A stretch of 64,000 nucleotides of DNA, taken from positions 27,218,001-27,282,000 of the forward strand of contig CM069156.1 of assembly GCA_035221665.1 (NCBI GenBank). Reading direction: 5' to 3'. The notes beneath the pieces are model-generated. The model saw only the letters and a list, made by a program, of their open reading frames with translations, did no database searches and had not been told where the DNA came from. Both the position numbers and the translations under genes were made by a program. Below, in pieces: positions 11,432 to 23,064 of the stretch (position 1 is the stretch's first letter; each line of letters opens with the position of its first letter). Origin of the DNA: Okamejei kenojei (Eukaryota).

Positions 11432-13332
11432 GCCAACAGGTTTATGTAATCATGGCACAGATGATTTTCCCCTGTCACGGGATGTGCCAGGAGATTCGGG
11501 CGTTTGGGAATCGGGAGACATGGTTCTTTCACCATGTCGAGGACCACAGGGAACCATGGCTGCGTAGGCCAGTCGGGTACTATCAAAATCCCTGATGCGG
11601 AGTCTAATTGAATTTTCCGCAATACCCGACTGATGAGGCAGAAAGGAGGAAATGCATAGAAAAACAAATCCCGCCAATGTAGCGAGAAAGCGTCCATCGC
11701 TACTGCCCCGTGGTCTGGTTCCCATGCGACATATGTTGGTATCTGATCGTTAAGTCTAGATGCAAAAAGGTCGATATCTAGCGTTCCATACCAAGCTATA
11801 ATGTCGGTAAATACCTGGTGGTTCAACATCCATTCAGTGTTGTTATTGAATATGCGTGACCTGGTGTCCGCCACTGTGTTGAGCTTACCCGGAAGGTAGG
11901 TAGCTGATATCTAAATGTTTCTTTCTATGCACCAGTGCCAGATTGAATTTGCCAATTCATCACAAGATATCGACTTGATACCACCCATATGATTAATATA
12001 TGCCACCACTGTGGTGTTATCTATTTGTAGGCATGGTGCATATCTGTACAGTAGGCCCGCAGTCCATGAAACGCTCCCAACATTTCCAAATAATTAATAC
12101 CTTGTGTCCGAAGTAGAGTAGATTCGTGTGTATTCCATCTACCACCACAACTGGAGGTGGTATCGGTAGCTCCCCAGCCGTGAGCGCTGGCGTCAGTTTG
12201 TAACACAACCGAAGGGTTTGTGATTGTGATGGGATTAAAGCAATGTCGAATATTGCTAATCCACCATCGCAATTCGATTTTTGCTTTGGCCGGTAGCTGC
12301 ATAGGCCTGTCAAAATGACCAGCGTGAGATTTGAGTGCTGAAATTTTGGCTCTTTGTAAATTTTGGTAATGTAATGGTCCATATTGTGTGGATGGAAATG
12401 TAGCCACAAGTTTCCCGATTACCCTGGCAGCGTGCCGAATGGTTGGCGCAAACAAGGCTATTGCATGCCTCTATTAAGTCTGTCGCCTTGCTTTTTGGCA
12501 AGGTGACAGTCATATGAACAGAGTCGATTGTGAACCCCAGATAATCCATTATTACAGAAGGCATTAACTTGGATTTGTCTGGATGGATGATAAATCCCAG
12601 TTTTTGAAATAGAAGCTTGGTGGCTGTAACAGCCAATTTAGCCAGTTCCAAAGTTTTCTCCACAATTAGGATGTCATCAAGATATGCCATGACAAAGTGC
12701 TTTTGTTTCCGAAGATACGCCAATGCTGGTTTCAGTATTTTGGTAAATAGTCTGGGGGCTGTTGTTAGTCCATTAGGCAGTGCTTTATACTGCCATAGCT
12801 GCCCCATCCAGATAAATTTCAAATATCTGCGGTGATCTTCATGTGTGGGTAATGAATAGTATGCATCTTTTAGGTCGATGCAAGCCATGAAGTACCCTTT
12901 GGAAACTAGTTGTTTAGCAGTTACAAACATTTCCATTTTGAAGTGGGTATATTGCACAAAAGTATTGAGTTGTGTCAAGTCAATGATAATGCGGCATCCA
13001 CCATCTTTTTTGGTTTTAGTGAAGATGTTTGATACAAACTCAAGAGGTTCATGTTTAGTTTTCTCTATTACTCCCTTAGAATACGATCTAAGTAGTTCCG
13101 CATGACCTTCCACTTTCTCTTTTTGTGAAAGCACAAATTTCCAGCTAGGTACATGTTGAACTAGTAGGAGGAGTTTGTCAATGAATTCAATTTTGTATCC
13201 CTGAATACTGTGCAATATAAAGAGATCAGAAGTTATCGAACTCCATGCATCCCGAAACAAGTGTAATCTACCCCCTATTTGTGAAGTTACACATGCGATG
13301 TTCCCTAGGCAACCAGACCCACCTCCCTCCAT
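11419..13332 (-). pseudogene. DIRS ORF2: reverse transcriptase - RNase H - methyltransferase-like domain (frameshifted)
   Basis: RT motifs KKDGGCRIIIDL, IDLKDAYY, ALPNGLTTAPRLFTK, YLDDILI, DYLGFTID. RNase H motifs LQTDASAHGWG and INYLEMLG. MT-like motifs DIDLFASRLN, YAFPPF, WPTQPW. Frameshifts near 12450 and 12025 and a premature TAG near 11911. Confidence 0.92.
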
Positions 13333-13334
13333 GG

Positions 13335-14563
13335 TTACCGGTGGCGCTGGGTCGGCTTCCTCCGTCCTTGGCTCTCGGGAGGTAGAGGCGCTGTGGTGTG
13401 GGGTTGGCGCATCTTCCAGGAAGGCCGCTCTGGGACATAGCCTAAAAACGACCTTTGTGTGGGTTGTGCGGCCTTCGGTGTTTCACCCGCTGTCCTATCG
13501 CTATGGTAGCAGGGCCAGTTGGTGGTTGCATAGGGGTGCTGCTGCCGGCTGACTGTTGACCTGATGGTAGTCGGTGCCTTGATCATGCCCACCGCTTTTG
13601 CTTCTTCATCAAGGTCTTTAACCTGCTTTGGCAGGTTGTCCCCGAACAGCAGAGTAGGCGGCGGTGTGCTGCTAGTTTTACACAACCCTGCGAATTTTGG
13701 GTTAAGCGTAGGCCGGATCGCACTTTTTCTGAAGCAGTTAATTTTGAATTGGACATTGCAGAGTAGTGCTAAAGCGTCCTGTTGCTCATCCGTCATGTTG
13801 TTGCCATCTATAGATCTGGCAAATGCAGTAATTCCCGCAGCTAGCAGTTTTAATATCTTCTGCATCTTGACCTCTTGGGCCCTGATGCTGGGACTAATGT
13901 TCCCCCAGATGGGGTTGTTGACTGCCGGTACATTGAGAGACACGCAGTTCTCTGGAGCAAGGTATTTGGCCGTGGTATCATTGATAACTTGCTCCTGCAG
14001 TTGGTGCATCGTTAGATAATTAATGCTCGCCGCCAGCTGCGGTTGTAACGGCTGTCCCTTCTGGGATGGTGTTGTGAATTTCGATACCTTTCGCAGGAGC
14101 TCGACTTCCTGCACCCCTAGCACGTTGGGTTCTTCAGCCAACCCCTCTTCAGAATCAGCCCTGACTCCTAATGCTCCCCTGCGAAGAGGGTGAGACATTG
14201 GGCAGCCCTGAAAAGGGTACTGCCGTGGGTCTGCGAAGAGACCCACGGTGACCAGACTCCTGCTGGAATAGGTCATGTTGGAGCAGTTGCTCCGCCATCC
14301 GCTCCATGCGGGATAATCGACCGCCATCGCTACCCACGTACGGCAGGTCGTCATGCCAGGAATCAGCCGAGTCAACGGGGCTGCCCGACTTCCGGGTGGC
14401 TTTGCCGCCAGTCCGCGGTGCTCCTCCGGACTGTAGCGGCAGGAAGTCGGGGGCTGCCGTATGCTCAACGGCCAGCTCGGGCATCGTCGGCCGCTGTTTA
14501 TTGTCCGCGGTCCTCCGCAGTCTGTCGGGAAGCAGCCCGTTTCTTTCCTCGAGTTTTTTCCAT
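13335..14563 (-). pseudogene. DIRS ORF1, gag-like protein (N-terminal part disrupted)
   Basis: C-terminal block KYLAPENCVSLNVPAVNNPIW...DALALLCNVQFKINCFRKSAIRPTLNPKFAGLC...LLFGDNLPKQVKDL is typical of DIRS gag. The likely start gcgATGG at 14563 (MEKTRGKKRAASR) is followed by stops or frameshifts. Confidence 0.8.
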
Positions 14564-14787
14564 CGCTCGATGTAGTGGGTACTCTGGAATACAAATAGGA
14601 AAGCAGAGTGCCCTAACTACTGTAGGTTAGCGGTACTTACCTGAGGGATCCCTTTTTTAAACTGGCCGGTAGAGGAGCAACGCTCCTCCCAGCCTGTCGC
14701 TGTGCAATGCGTTCGACGATATGTGCTGGCGAGGTCTTCACGAAGTCACTCACGTGACTCCGAAGTAAAATTATACACTGTAAATAC

Positions 14788-14950
14788 TGCTCTGGCAGCT
14801 CGTTCCATATACCCACCACCCTCTGTATGAAAACATTGCTCTCAGGCTCCCATTAAATCTTTTCACTCCCACCGTAAACCTATCTCCTCTAGTTCTTGAT
14901 TTCCCTGCGCTCCAGGTAAAAAAACTCTGTTCATTCACCCTCAACACCTC
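14788..14950 (-). mobile_element. CR1-type LINE fragment
   Basis: Minus-strand translation includes SRTRGDRFTVGVKRFNGSLR and VGIWNELP. Confidence 0.8.
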
Positions 14951-15396
14951 AAGTTTAATACTATTTTTGTATTTAATTTTCTCCACATTTCTTACCTAAG
15001 ATGCCCTTTATCTTTCACATCTTCTGAACGATATATCAGCATTCATTCCCCGAAGTACTTCACAACCATTTACTGCAGATAGATAGGAAAGTGAGGATGA
15101 TCTTGTACACAGCAAGTTCCACTGAGAGCAATATAATATTGTTTTTGGTGATTTTGGTTGGGGGATAAATGTTCCACTGGGCACTTCGGAGAACTCATTA
15201 GCTTTCAAAAAAAATGAGATTTTTACAACTATGCAATAGGGCAAATAGGATTTCTGGTTACTGTTTCATCTGAAACCTCAGACATAAAATGTCAACACAG
15301 AATGGATTCCATTTGCTAAAATATCCTTGGAAATTTGACGAAAAATTCTTATGTTCAGGTGAATCATTGACAAAGATGTTTCATCAACATCTTAGC

Positions 15397-16175
15397 GGCA
15401 CTGTGGCGCAGCTGGTAGAGCTGCTGCCCACAGCTCAAAAGATCCACATTAGATCCTGACCTCTGGTGCCATCTCTGTGGAGTTTGTACTTTCTCCCTGT
15501 GACCATTTAGGTTACTTTCGGGTGTTCCGGTTGTCTCCCACATCCCAAAGATGTGAGGATTTTTTTGATAATTGGCCTCTGTAAAATTGCCCTTAATATG
15601 TAGGGAGTAGATGATAAAGTGGGATAAGATGGAAAGAAGATGATGCCAGGACCTGAGGGGCTGAACTGGAGGGAGAGGTTAAGCAGGCTAGGAATTTATT
15701 CCTTGGAGCACTGGAGACTGAGGGAGTATCTTATAGAGATATATAAAATAATGAGGGCAACAGAGAGAGTGAACAGAGGGCACAGTTTTTTCCCGAGAGC
15801 GCAGGGGAATCAAGAACTAGAGGAGAGGTTTGTGAGAATGGAAAGATTTAACAGGAGCCTGAGAGCAACTTTTTAATACAGAGGGTGTTGGGTAGATGGA
15901 AAGAGCTGCCAGATGAGGTACTTTAGGCAGGTAGTATAACAACATTTAAAAGATATTTGGACAGGTACATGGATAGGAAAGGTTTAGAAGGATATGGGCT
16001 AAACCCAGGCAGGTGGGACTAGCGTAAATGGGGCATCTTGGTCGGCACGGGAAATTTGGGCCAAAGGCCCTGTTTCCATGTTTTATGACTGTATCACAGT
16101 ATCAATGGTCGGCATGGACTCGATGGGCCAAAGGGCCTGTTTCCATGCTGCATCTTTGAAATTAAACTAAAACTG
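15397..16175 (+). mobile_element. HE1 V-SINE (15397-15630 and 16100-16175) interrupted by a CR1 3' fragment (~15633-16095)
   Basis: SINE head and core, then MMPGPEGLNWRERLSRLGIYSLE..RLR..LIEIYKIM (CR1) with its tail, then the SINE tail resumes at atggtcggcatggactcg. Confidence 0.85.
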
Positions 16176-16869
16176 AAAATCTAATCTCCACCCTTCCAAG
16201 CCTCTTGCACTGATTTTACTGTCATGCTTACGCAGCCTAAATGAAGTTGTACTCAGCAGATCTCTGGAGAATAAGAACCTTTTGGTGAGCAACGCCTAAT
16301 GCGTTCGGCCCCATATCAATTTTCTCCCCATACCTTCGTAAAAACATTTTGCGATGTTTTTCAAATTTAAGGGCAACATATGAATATGGACCTTGTGCTT
16401 ATTATTTTTGGAATAATCATGTTTACATGTTTTTTAATTGTTTGCTCTCTGCTCACAATATCATTAACCTAAAGCTGATAAGCTGAATAAATGTAGAATC
16501 AAAAATGCTTGGTCAAAATACATATATAATGTTTTGTGTCTGTACTTACTAAAGGGAAGGAAGCTTCCAAATTCTTGCCAAAAGGGAAGGTAGTAAAAAT
16601 AACAAAATACGTGGAAATTGATATGGGAATGGAACAATGGCTATGTTTAAGGAAGAAGTCAGCCAGTTTGAAAGGATGCAGCACACTTTGCTGAGAGAGA
16701 AGTAAAGGGAAACTAGGGGTAGCCATAATCTTGGTGTCCTCTTTCGAGTGATGTCAGAGAACTACAGAATCACATATGTCGCATCCAGTTCAGACAGGGC
16801 TGCATTCAAACACATCTGCAAGGACATGTTCAGCAACTGCAGCACTGTCAGGTGGCAGGAGAGCCATTA

Positions 16870-18340
16870 GGAACAAGAATATGCAAAGCAAATTAATGGG
16901 GAAGTCTGACTTAATACAGGGAAGCCAGCTTGTTAAAAGCAAACGTTGTGTTCAACTAACCCGACCGAATATTTTTGATGAGGTGCTATTATTGATAAAT
17001 GAAGTTAATGAGGTTGATGTCATTTATGTGCATTTTTCAAGGAGTTCAATAAAGTCCCATATAAAAAGCCCATTATTAAAATTATTGTTGCTAACACTGA
17101 CTGTTTTAATCCATGGGGACCAGAATAAAAGGTAGCATGGATGAGAAATTGGATTTGGGAACAATATCAATTATGTAGTGAAGGACGCAGGGTATGAATA
17201 CTAGCTGCCATACACATGGAGAAGGGACAACTTTTGGGGGAAATTTGCATTTTTGAAAGTGGACAAACCACCAGGACTGGATAAATATAACCCAGGCTGT
17301 TAAAAGAGGGAAAGGAGGAAATTGCAAACATTCTGCCCATAATTTTTCAATCCTTTCTGGCTATAGGAGTGAAGCCAGAAAACTGGAGGACTGCCAAGAT
17401 TGTGTTGCTGTTTCGAAAGCACGGAAGAGAATAAAAAGTAATACAGACTAGTTTTCTTAATTTTGGCATTGGACAAATTATAGGAGTCAATCCTGAGGGG
17501 GAGTATAAACCTTCATTAAGATTTGAGGACATTCAGTATGGTTTTGTTAGGAGGTCAAATCTGACTTATCATGTATGATTTTTTTTTTCGAGAAAGTAAC
17601 AGGAGTGAGCGAAGAGGCCAATGTAATTTAATCTAAATGAACCTTGGCAAGATTCCATGTGGTAAACTGAACAAAAATGTTGGGATCCAAGAGAGAGTGG
17701 CAGAATGATCTGATGCTGGCTCAGTGGCAGAGCTCGATGGTAATGATTTACAGGATTTTTTTGTGATTAGCAGATAGCTGCCACTAGGTTCAACGTGGCT
17801 TAGGACTTGATCCATTGCTTTTTGGAAAATGTTAATGTAGACTAAAGTATGGGAGCATGATAAAGAAATTTACAATTACAAAAATTGGCCATGTGATTGA
17901 CAGTGAGGAGGAAACCTCGACCACAGATAGACCACAAAGATCATCTGATTAGTTGGGCAGAAAAATGGCAAATTTATTTTAACCTAGAGAAGTGTGCGGT
18001 AATGCATTTGAGGATGTGCAGCAGTGCAGGGGGAGTATTCAACAAGAGGAGATGCATGACATGAGGGTACTCAAGACTTGGAGTGCATATATATTCACAG
18101 ATCCGTAAAGATAGCATGGTAGGCCAATAAGTCTATTCAACAGGCAAATGGGATGCTTTCTCTTCAACCAATGTATGGAAAGACCTTGAGGAGAGATGGC
18201 TATGACTTGGAATGCACTACCCGAAGATGTGGAAGACATAGATTCCATTGCAGCTTTCGAAAAGGAATTGGATAATATTGAAAGTTAACAGTTTGGATGA
18301 TTGTGGAGAAAGAACATAGGGACACGAGACTGAAGAAAGG
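16870..18340 (+). mobile_element. Old, fragmented CR1-type LINE ORF2 remnants
   Basis: Degenerate pieces such as DEV...NEVDVIYVHFS, ENWRTAKIV.LFRK, and aaaaatggcaa..ttttaacctagagaagtgtg. Confidence 0.65.
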
Positions 18341-18966
18341 CTGTATGAAGAGCCGCTGCTGTGCTCTAATATATCTGCCACTAACAGTAGGAAGCAGTTC
18401 ATCCTGGTACTGGCTGCTCCTCTAGGTTGGTGGCTCACTGAGAGAATGCTCTCCTTTAATGGCTCACTGGCAGATTTTGCCTAAAGACTCTCCTGTGACA
18501 TGTCGGGGAAATGTTACTCCAAAGATGCCCCATAAATGCAAGTTGTTGGCATTGATTATTTACACTGGAGAACCTCCAAGCTGATCATCTGACCTGGAGT
18601 GCTCAGATTCTGCCGACAGTTGTGAAGCTACAGATGCCGTGGACTTAAACCAGTATTTATCCAAGAAAGTCACTTCTGATTTTGAAAACCTCTAATTCTT
18701 CACGTTCAGTATCATGTAAAGTTAAACCAGGATTATGTCTTAACTGCGAATGTATTGTACATAAACTACAATGTGTCATTTTAGGTTTACAGCACTCCCA
18801 AAATCTCAATATGTGTTACATAAGCTTTCCTCTTATGTTAAAGGCATTTGTACATAGATCCGGGGACATCTCCAGCATCTCCCATAATAGTTTGTGCGAT
18901 ATATAGTTTTAAATAGTGGCTATTCAACACAGGGGAATCTTCATTGTCATGAATGACTGACTGCCG

Positions 18967-19108
18967 TCAGGAGTAAGAGCCAGGTTGATGCCCCCATTTT
19001 GCCCTGCCCCCAGGGAATTGGGGGCCAATGTAGACCTATTACCTTTGTGGAGATCAGCTAGCTCTGCGTAGACTGGGGATTTGAACCCAGGGCCTCCTGC
19101 TTTGTATA
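18967..19108 (-). mobile_element. LF-SINE-like relic
   Basis: Minus strand reads atacaaagcaggaggccctgggttcaaatccccagtctacgcagagctagctgatctcc...tacattggcccc...ccctggg...atcaacctggctcttactcctga, colinear with the remembered LF-SINE 5' half. Confidence 0.65.
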
Positions 19109-19849
19109 TTAATAAGGTCTTTAATCATCATGTCTTAGAGTGCTGTACAAGCACAGTCCTCAGAGAGTGATCACTCATCATTAGTTTCATATCCGGCCTG
19201 CATCAGTCCTGCATGGTCACCGAATCATCCAAACACTGCATGATTCATAAGGAACTGTACAATTTCATCTATGTGCTCAATTTATTTGCGCCGGTTATAG
19301 ACTGGCTCTTTGAAAGTACATTGCCTCTTGCTCTGTCCTGCTGTTACCATCCCGAGTCTGCAGGTACCACAGTCCAGAGATGCAGTGACCATGGGTACAT
19401 CCCAGAGGTACATGTTGTTGTAATTTTACAGATATCCCAGCCAGTGGATACTAATACACACAGATTTGATGAATGATTGATCTAACGATGGGTGGCAAGT
19501 CATTCTGGTACCGGTTTCTCCTCGAGGTCAGAACAGGTTCACTCAGGGAATGGTCTCCTTGGAACAGAAAGCTAAATTGGTGCCATGTTCTGACCAATTA
19601 TGTTTTATGGGAAGCTGTAAGGATTTTTTTCTGGGGCTCTGATTAACTTTCTTCCCTTGGTTACCTCACTATGGAAGACAAGTGAATTTCTAAACCATTG
19701 AAAGGTTTTAGAGTCATAGGGCCACACAGGACAGAAACAGGCCCTTCAGCCCATAATGTCAATAATGACCATCAGCTACCTATTAATAGCCCTTGGTCTG
19801 CAGCCTTATATGCCTTGACAATTCAAGTGTTCCATTTATGAAACCAAAC

Positions 19850-21120
19850 TTGTTCGAGGACTTTGAGGATGTCCTTAACAGAGTGAATGAAGGGCATGTA
19901 GATTATTTGCATTTCCAGAAGGCATGAATAAAGAGCCGTCTGAAATGCCACCGCACAAGATAAGAGCACATAGGTTTGGTATTAAGATCATCAGGTCATA
20001 TGTGATAAGAGTAGGATTAGGCCTCTCGGCCCATCAGGTTTACTCTGCCATTCAATCATGGCTGATCTATCTCTCCCTCCTAACCCCATTTCTCACCATA
20101 ACCTCTGACAGCTGTACTAATCAAGATGTTGCTAACTAACAGAAAACAGAGACTTTGGATAAATGGATCATGTTTCAAATAGCAACAATAACTGTTGGCT
20201 GCCACAGGGATCAGTACTGGGGCCTCGTCTATTTATAATCATTTATATTGGAGCCATAAAAGCTGATGGTACAAGAAGAGATGGCTCTGCAAGTTGTGAT
20301 GAGGGCACAAAGCCCTCTTTGTGCCCTCATCACATATAACTTGGAAGTGACTCGGCAACGTGGAAGATAATGTGCAAAATGTGAGATTATCCAATTAGGA
20401 TGAAAAGTGAAAAGCAAGTCTTTATTCAAACCCAGTGAGACTATAACATGATGCAGAACAGAATTAAATAAGGGTCTTAGTGTGAGAGAGTCAACAGATC
20501 GGCACACAGCAGGTAATTGAGAAGGATAGTGGAGTATTAGACTCAATTGCAAAAGGATAGGAGTATCAAAGAAGGGAACTATTGAAGCAACTTTCCAGGG
20601 CACTGCCGAGATGGCACCTGGAATATTGCATGCTGCTTTGCTGTCCTTATTTAAGGAAGGATGGTCTTGCAATGGAGACAGTGCTGAGTAGATTCACTAT
20701 GTTAATCCCTAGAATGAAGTGAGTTAACCTGTAAAAGGAAATGTTAAGCAGGCTGAGCCTAAACCTGTTGGAGAACAGAAGAATGTGAACTGAACCTATA
20801 TAAGATTCTGTGGAGGATTGACAAGTGGTTGCTGAGAGGATAATTCCCCGAGTTACAGAATGAGGGTTCAACTATACAGATGAAGACGAGGAGGATTTTC
20901 TTTTCTCCCAAAGGGCCATAAATCTCTGGAATTCTTTATCCTAGAGGACTGTGAAGGTGGAGAACATTGAAAGTATTTAAGGCAGAGGTCAAAAAGCATT
21001 TAAAACTACAAGGAATCAAGGGATATGGCGAGTGAGTAAGAAAAGTGATGTTCAGACCACAAACTTTGTTGAAGGGCAGAGTTGGTTTGAGGGGCCGAGT
21101 GGACTGCTCTCTATGTCCTT
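19850..21120 (+). mobile_element. Old CR1-type LINE remnant (RT to 3' UTR) with a short inverted CR1 tail inserted near 19985-20125
   Basis: gccacagggatcagtactggggcctc (PQGSVLGP), cacctggaatattgc, atgaagacgaggaggattttc, ggggccgagtggactgctc. Confidence 0.7.
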
Positions 21121-23064
21121 TTTTTTCCTCATTCTGAGCTGTCAGCCTCAAAGCCCATGGACACTTTTTTGGAAAGATGTTTTTCAAATGTTATTAATGC
21201 TAGTGAGCGTGTCTTGAAATGTAATGTTTAAATTCCTAAAGTCTGCATGGTAGTCCTGAGAAAGAACCCCACCAGTGCCACCGGTATCTGGAACAAGCGC
21301 TTGAATAGTATAATTGGAGCTGCGAGCGGTGATATTGTGAGGAGTTGTGAGCAGGAAAACCATTTGTTGCCGTTTTGTCCACCACAACGAATACAGCATT
21401 GTTCCTTATAGCATCAGGTTTCCAAGGGAACGGGAATCTATGAATCTTTTCTGGCACAAGAGTAAAGCCAGCCAGTCTGCACTTTGACCACTTCCAAAAG
21501 GCAAGCCCCATTGGCAGGATAGCGATGCCTCTCCAGTGTAAGGCCCAGTGAACCCGCCTCTCAGTACACTGGCAATCCCGATTTTAACAGTAAACACGTG
21601 TGTTTAAGTGGGTTTGCAATCGGTCTCACTCTTTTTACTCGTAAATCTCCCTCTTGAATTTGCTTGCTGTTGACAGCTGCATACACAGAAAACATCCGGC
21701 ATCCGGGAGGCCTTGGCTTGAGATGAGGGTTTTCCAAATCAAGTTGGTCAGACTCCTGGAGGTGACATCACCTGACCCATTGCCCACCCAATTAAACATT
21801 TGTTCCTCACCCCAACAACCCCCTCCCCCATCTCCAATAGATTTAGAATAAGAAAACAGAAAATCAGTAAAGGAAACGAAAATACCTCTTTTTTTTTAAT
21901 AACCTTTGATTTCCGTTCTCTTGAATACCGATTGCCACATGTCCTGGTGATTAGGCCTCAGTCTCCAGGATTGGCGACCCTGTCCAGGATATATCGACGT
22001 ATTCGCGAGAAGAGACTACTTTATTGGGGTGGAAGTTTGTTGCTTCCAGGACATTTTAATTTTTCTAGAGCTACCAATGAATTTTCTGAATTCAACCCAA
22101 AAAGCGCATTTGCTTTGTCTCGCAGCTGGAATACCGAGGTGTTATTGGCAGGAACGTGTTCTGGACCCAGCAGACTCTGGAGGTCAGGAGAATACTGCCA
22201 ACAGTCCAAGAATGATAGCAGGGTCTCTGTACAAACCCTTGTCTTCCTCTCCTAGCTTCAGCACAGAAAACGATGCATTTGCTTCTAAGCTGAGCACAGA
22301 ACTACAGCAGAAATACGGTCAAAATTGACTGGGCCCAAAGTAGGGTCATGAGGTCATCACTAGGTGGTAACCAGGGGGTCATGAAGAAGCACTTAAGCCC
22401 AGCAGTTAGTGTTTTATTAGCAAAGAACAACTTCATAAAACTACAGGAGATCCAATCACTGCATGGCAGGGTGGCTTGAAGGCTGCAGACTGCGATGGGT
22501 CAAAGGTCAGTCAACAATTCAATCAGCCAGTTGGTTTGAGAGTAAACAGTGGGGGAGGAGAGAGGGAAGGTGACATAATCTGTTTTTGGAAATAAAAATG
22601 TATATTTGTGTCCACTTTTTGGAAAATTGTCAGTGCGGTGCTGTCGACAGAGAGCTTCTTTTCCATGCAGGGTGCCGAGAGCATCATAATTGATTTTCTT
22701 GCAGCAGTGCTTCCCATGCCACTGTTGTTTGACACGAGGCTGACAAGATAATTAGGCCGAGGCCACTGCCACCATCATCAGTCTCTGCCACGTACCGGGT
22801 GATGGGCACATCTTTGCAGTCCCTTGCCTAAACCGTGACATAATCTGAAAAAGGGTCCCGACCCGAAATGTCACCCATCCAGGTCCTCCAGAGCTGCTCG
22901 CTGACCCGCTGAGTTACTCCAGCACTTTGTGTTCTGCTCAAGATTCCAGCATCTGCAGTTCTTTGTATCAACATAGTCTAATATGTGCCTGGACAGTGTG
23001 GTATTGCCTTTAGGTCTTGGGATTGTCTTTCTGAGAATCTGAGAAACAAAATGTCGGTTCTAAC

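Larger units (their letters stand above)
9987..14771 (-). mobile_element. Full-length DIRS1-type tyrosine-recombinase retrotransposon (~4.8 kb, degenerate ORFs)
   Basis: Order is gag-like ORF, RT (YLDD), RNase H (TDAS), MT-like domain, YR. ITR core 10061-10082 matches the reverse complement of 14723-14744 (22 bp, 1 mismatch). ICR 10205-10317 is complementary to both termini. AAAT occurs at both ends (9987-9990, 14768-14771). Confidence 0.95.

Noticed and set aside
13564-14630. Long + strand ORFs (151 aa, 146 aa) and similar ones at 9256-9773 and 12617-13105
   Set aside because: Antisense shadows of the DIRS and Rex1 coding regions, with no independent protein features.
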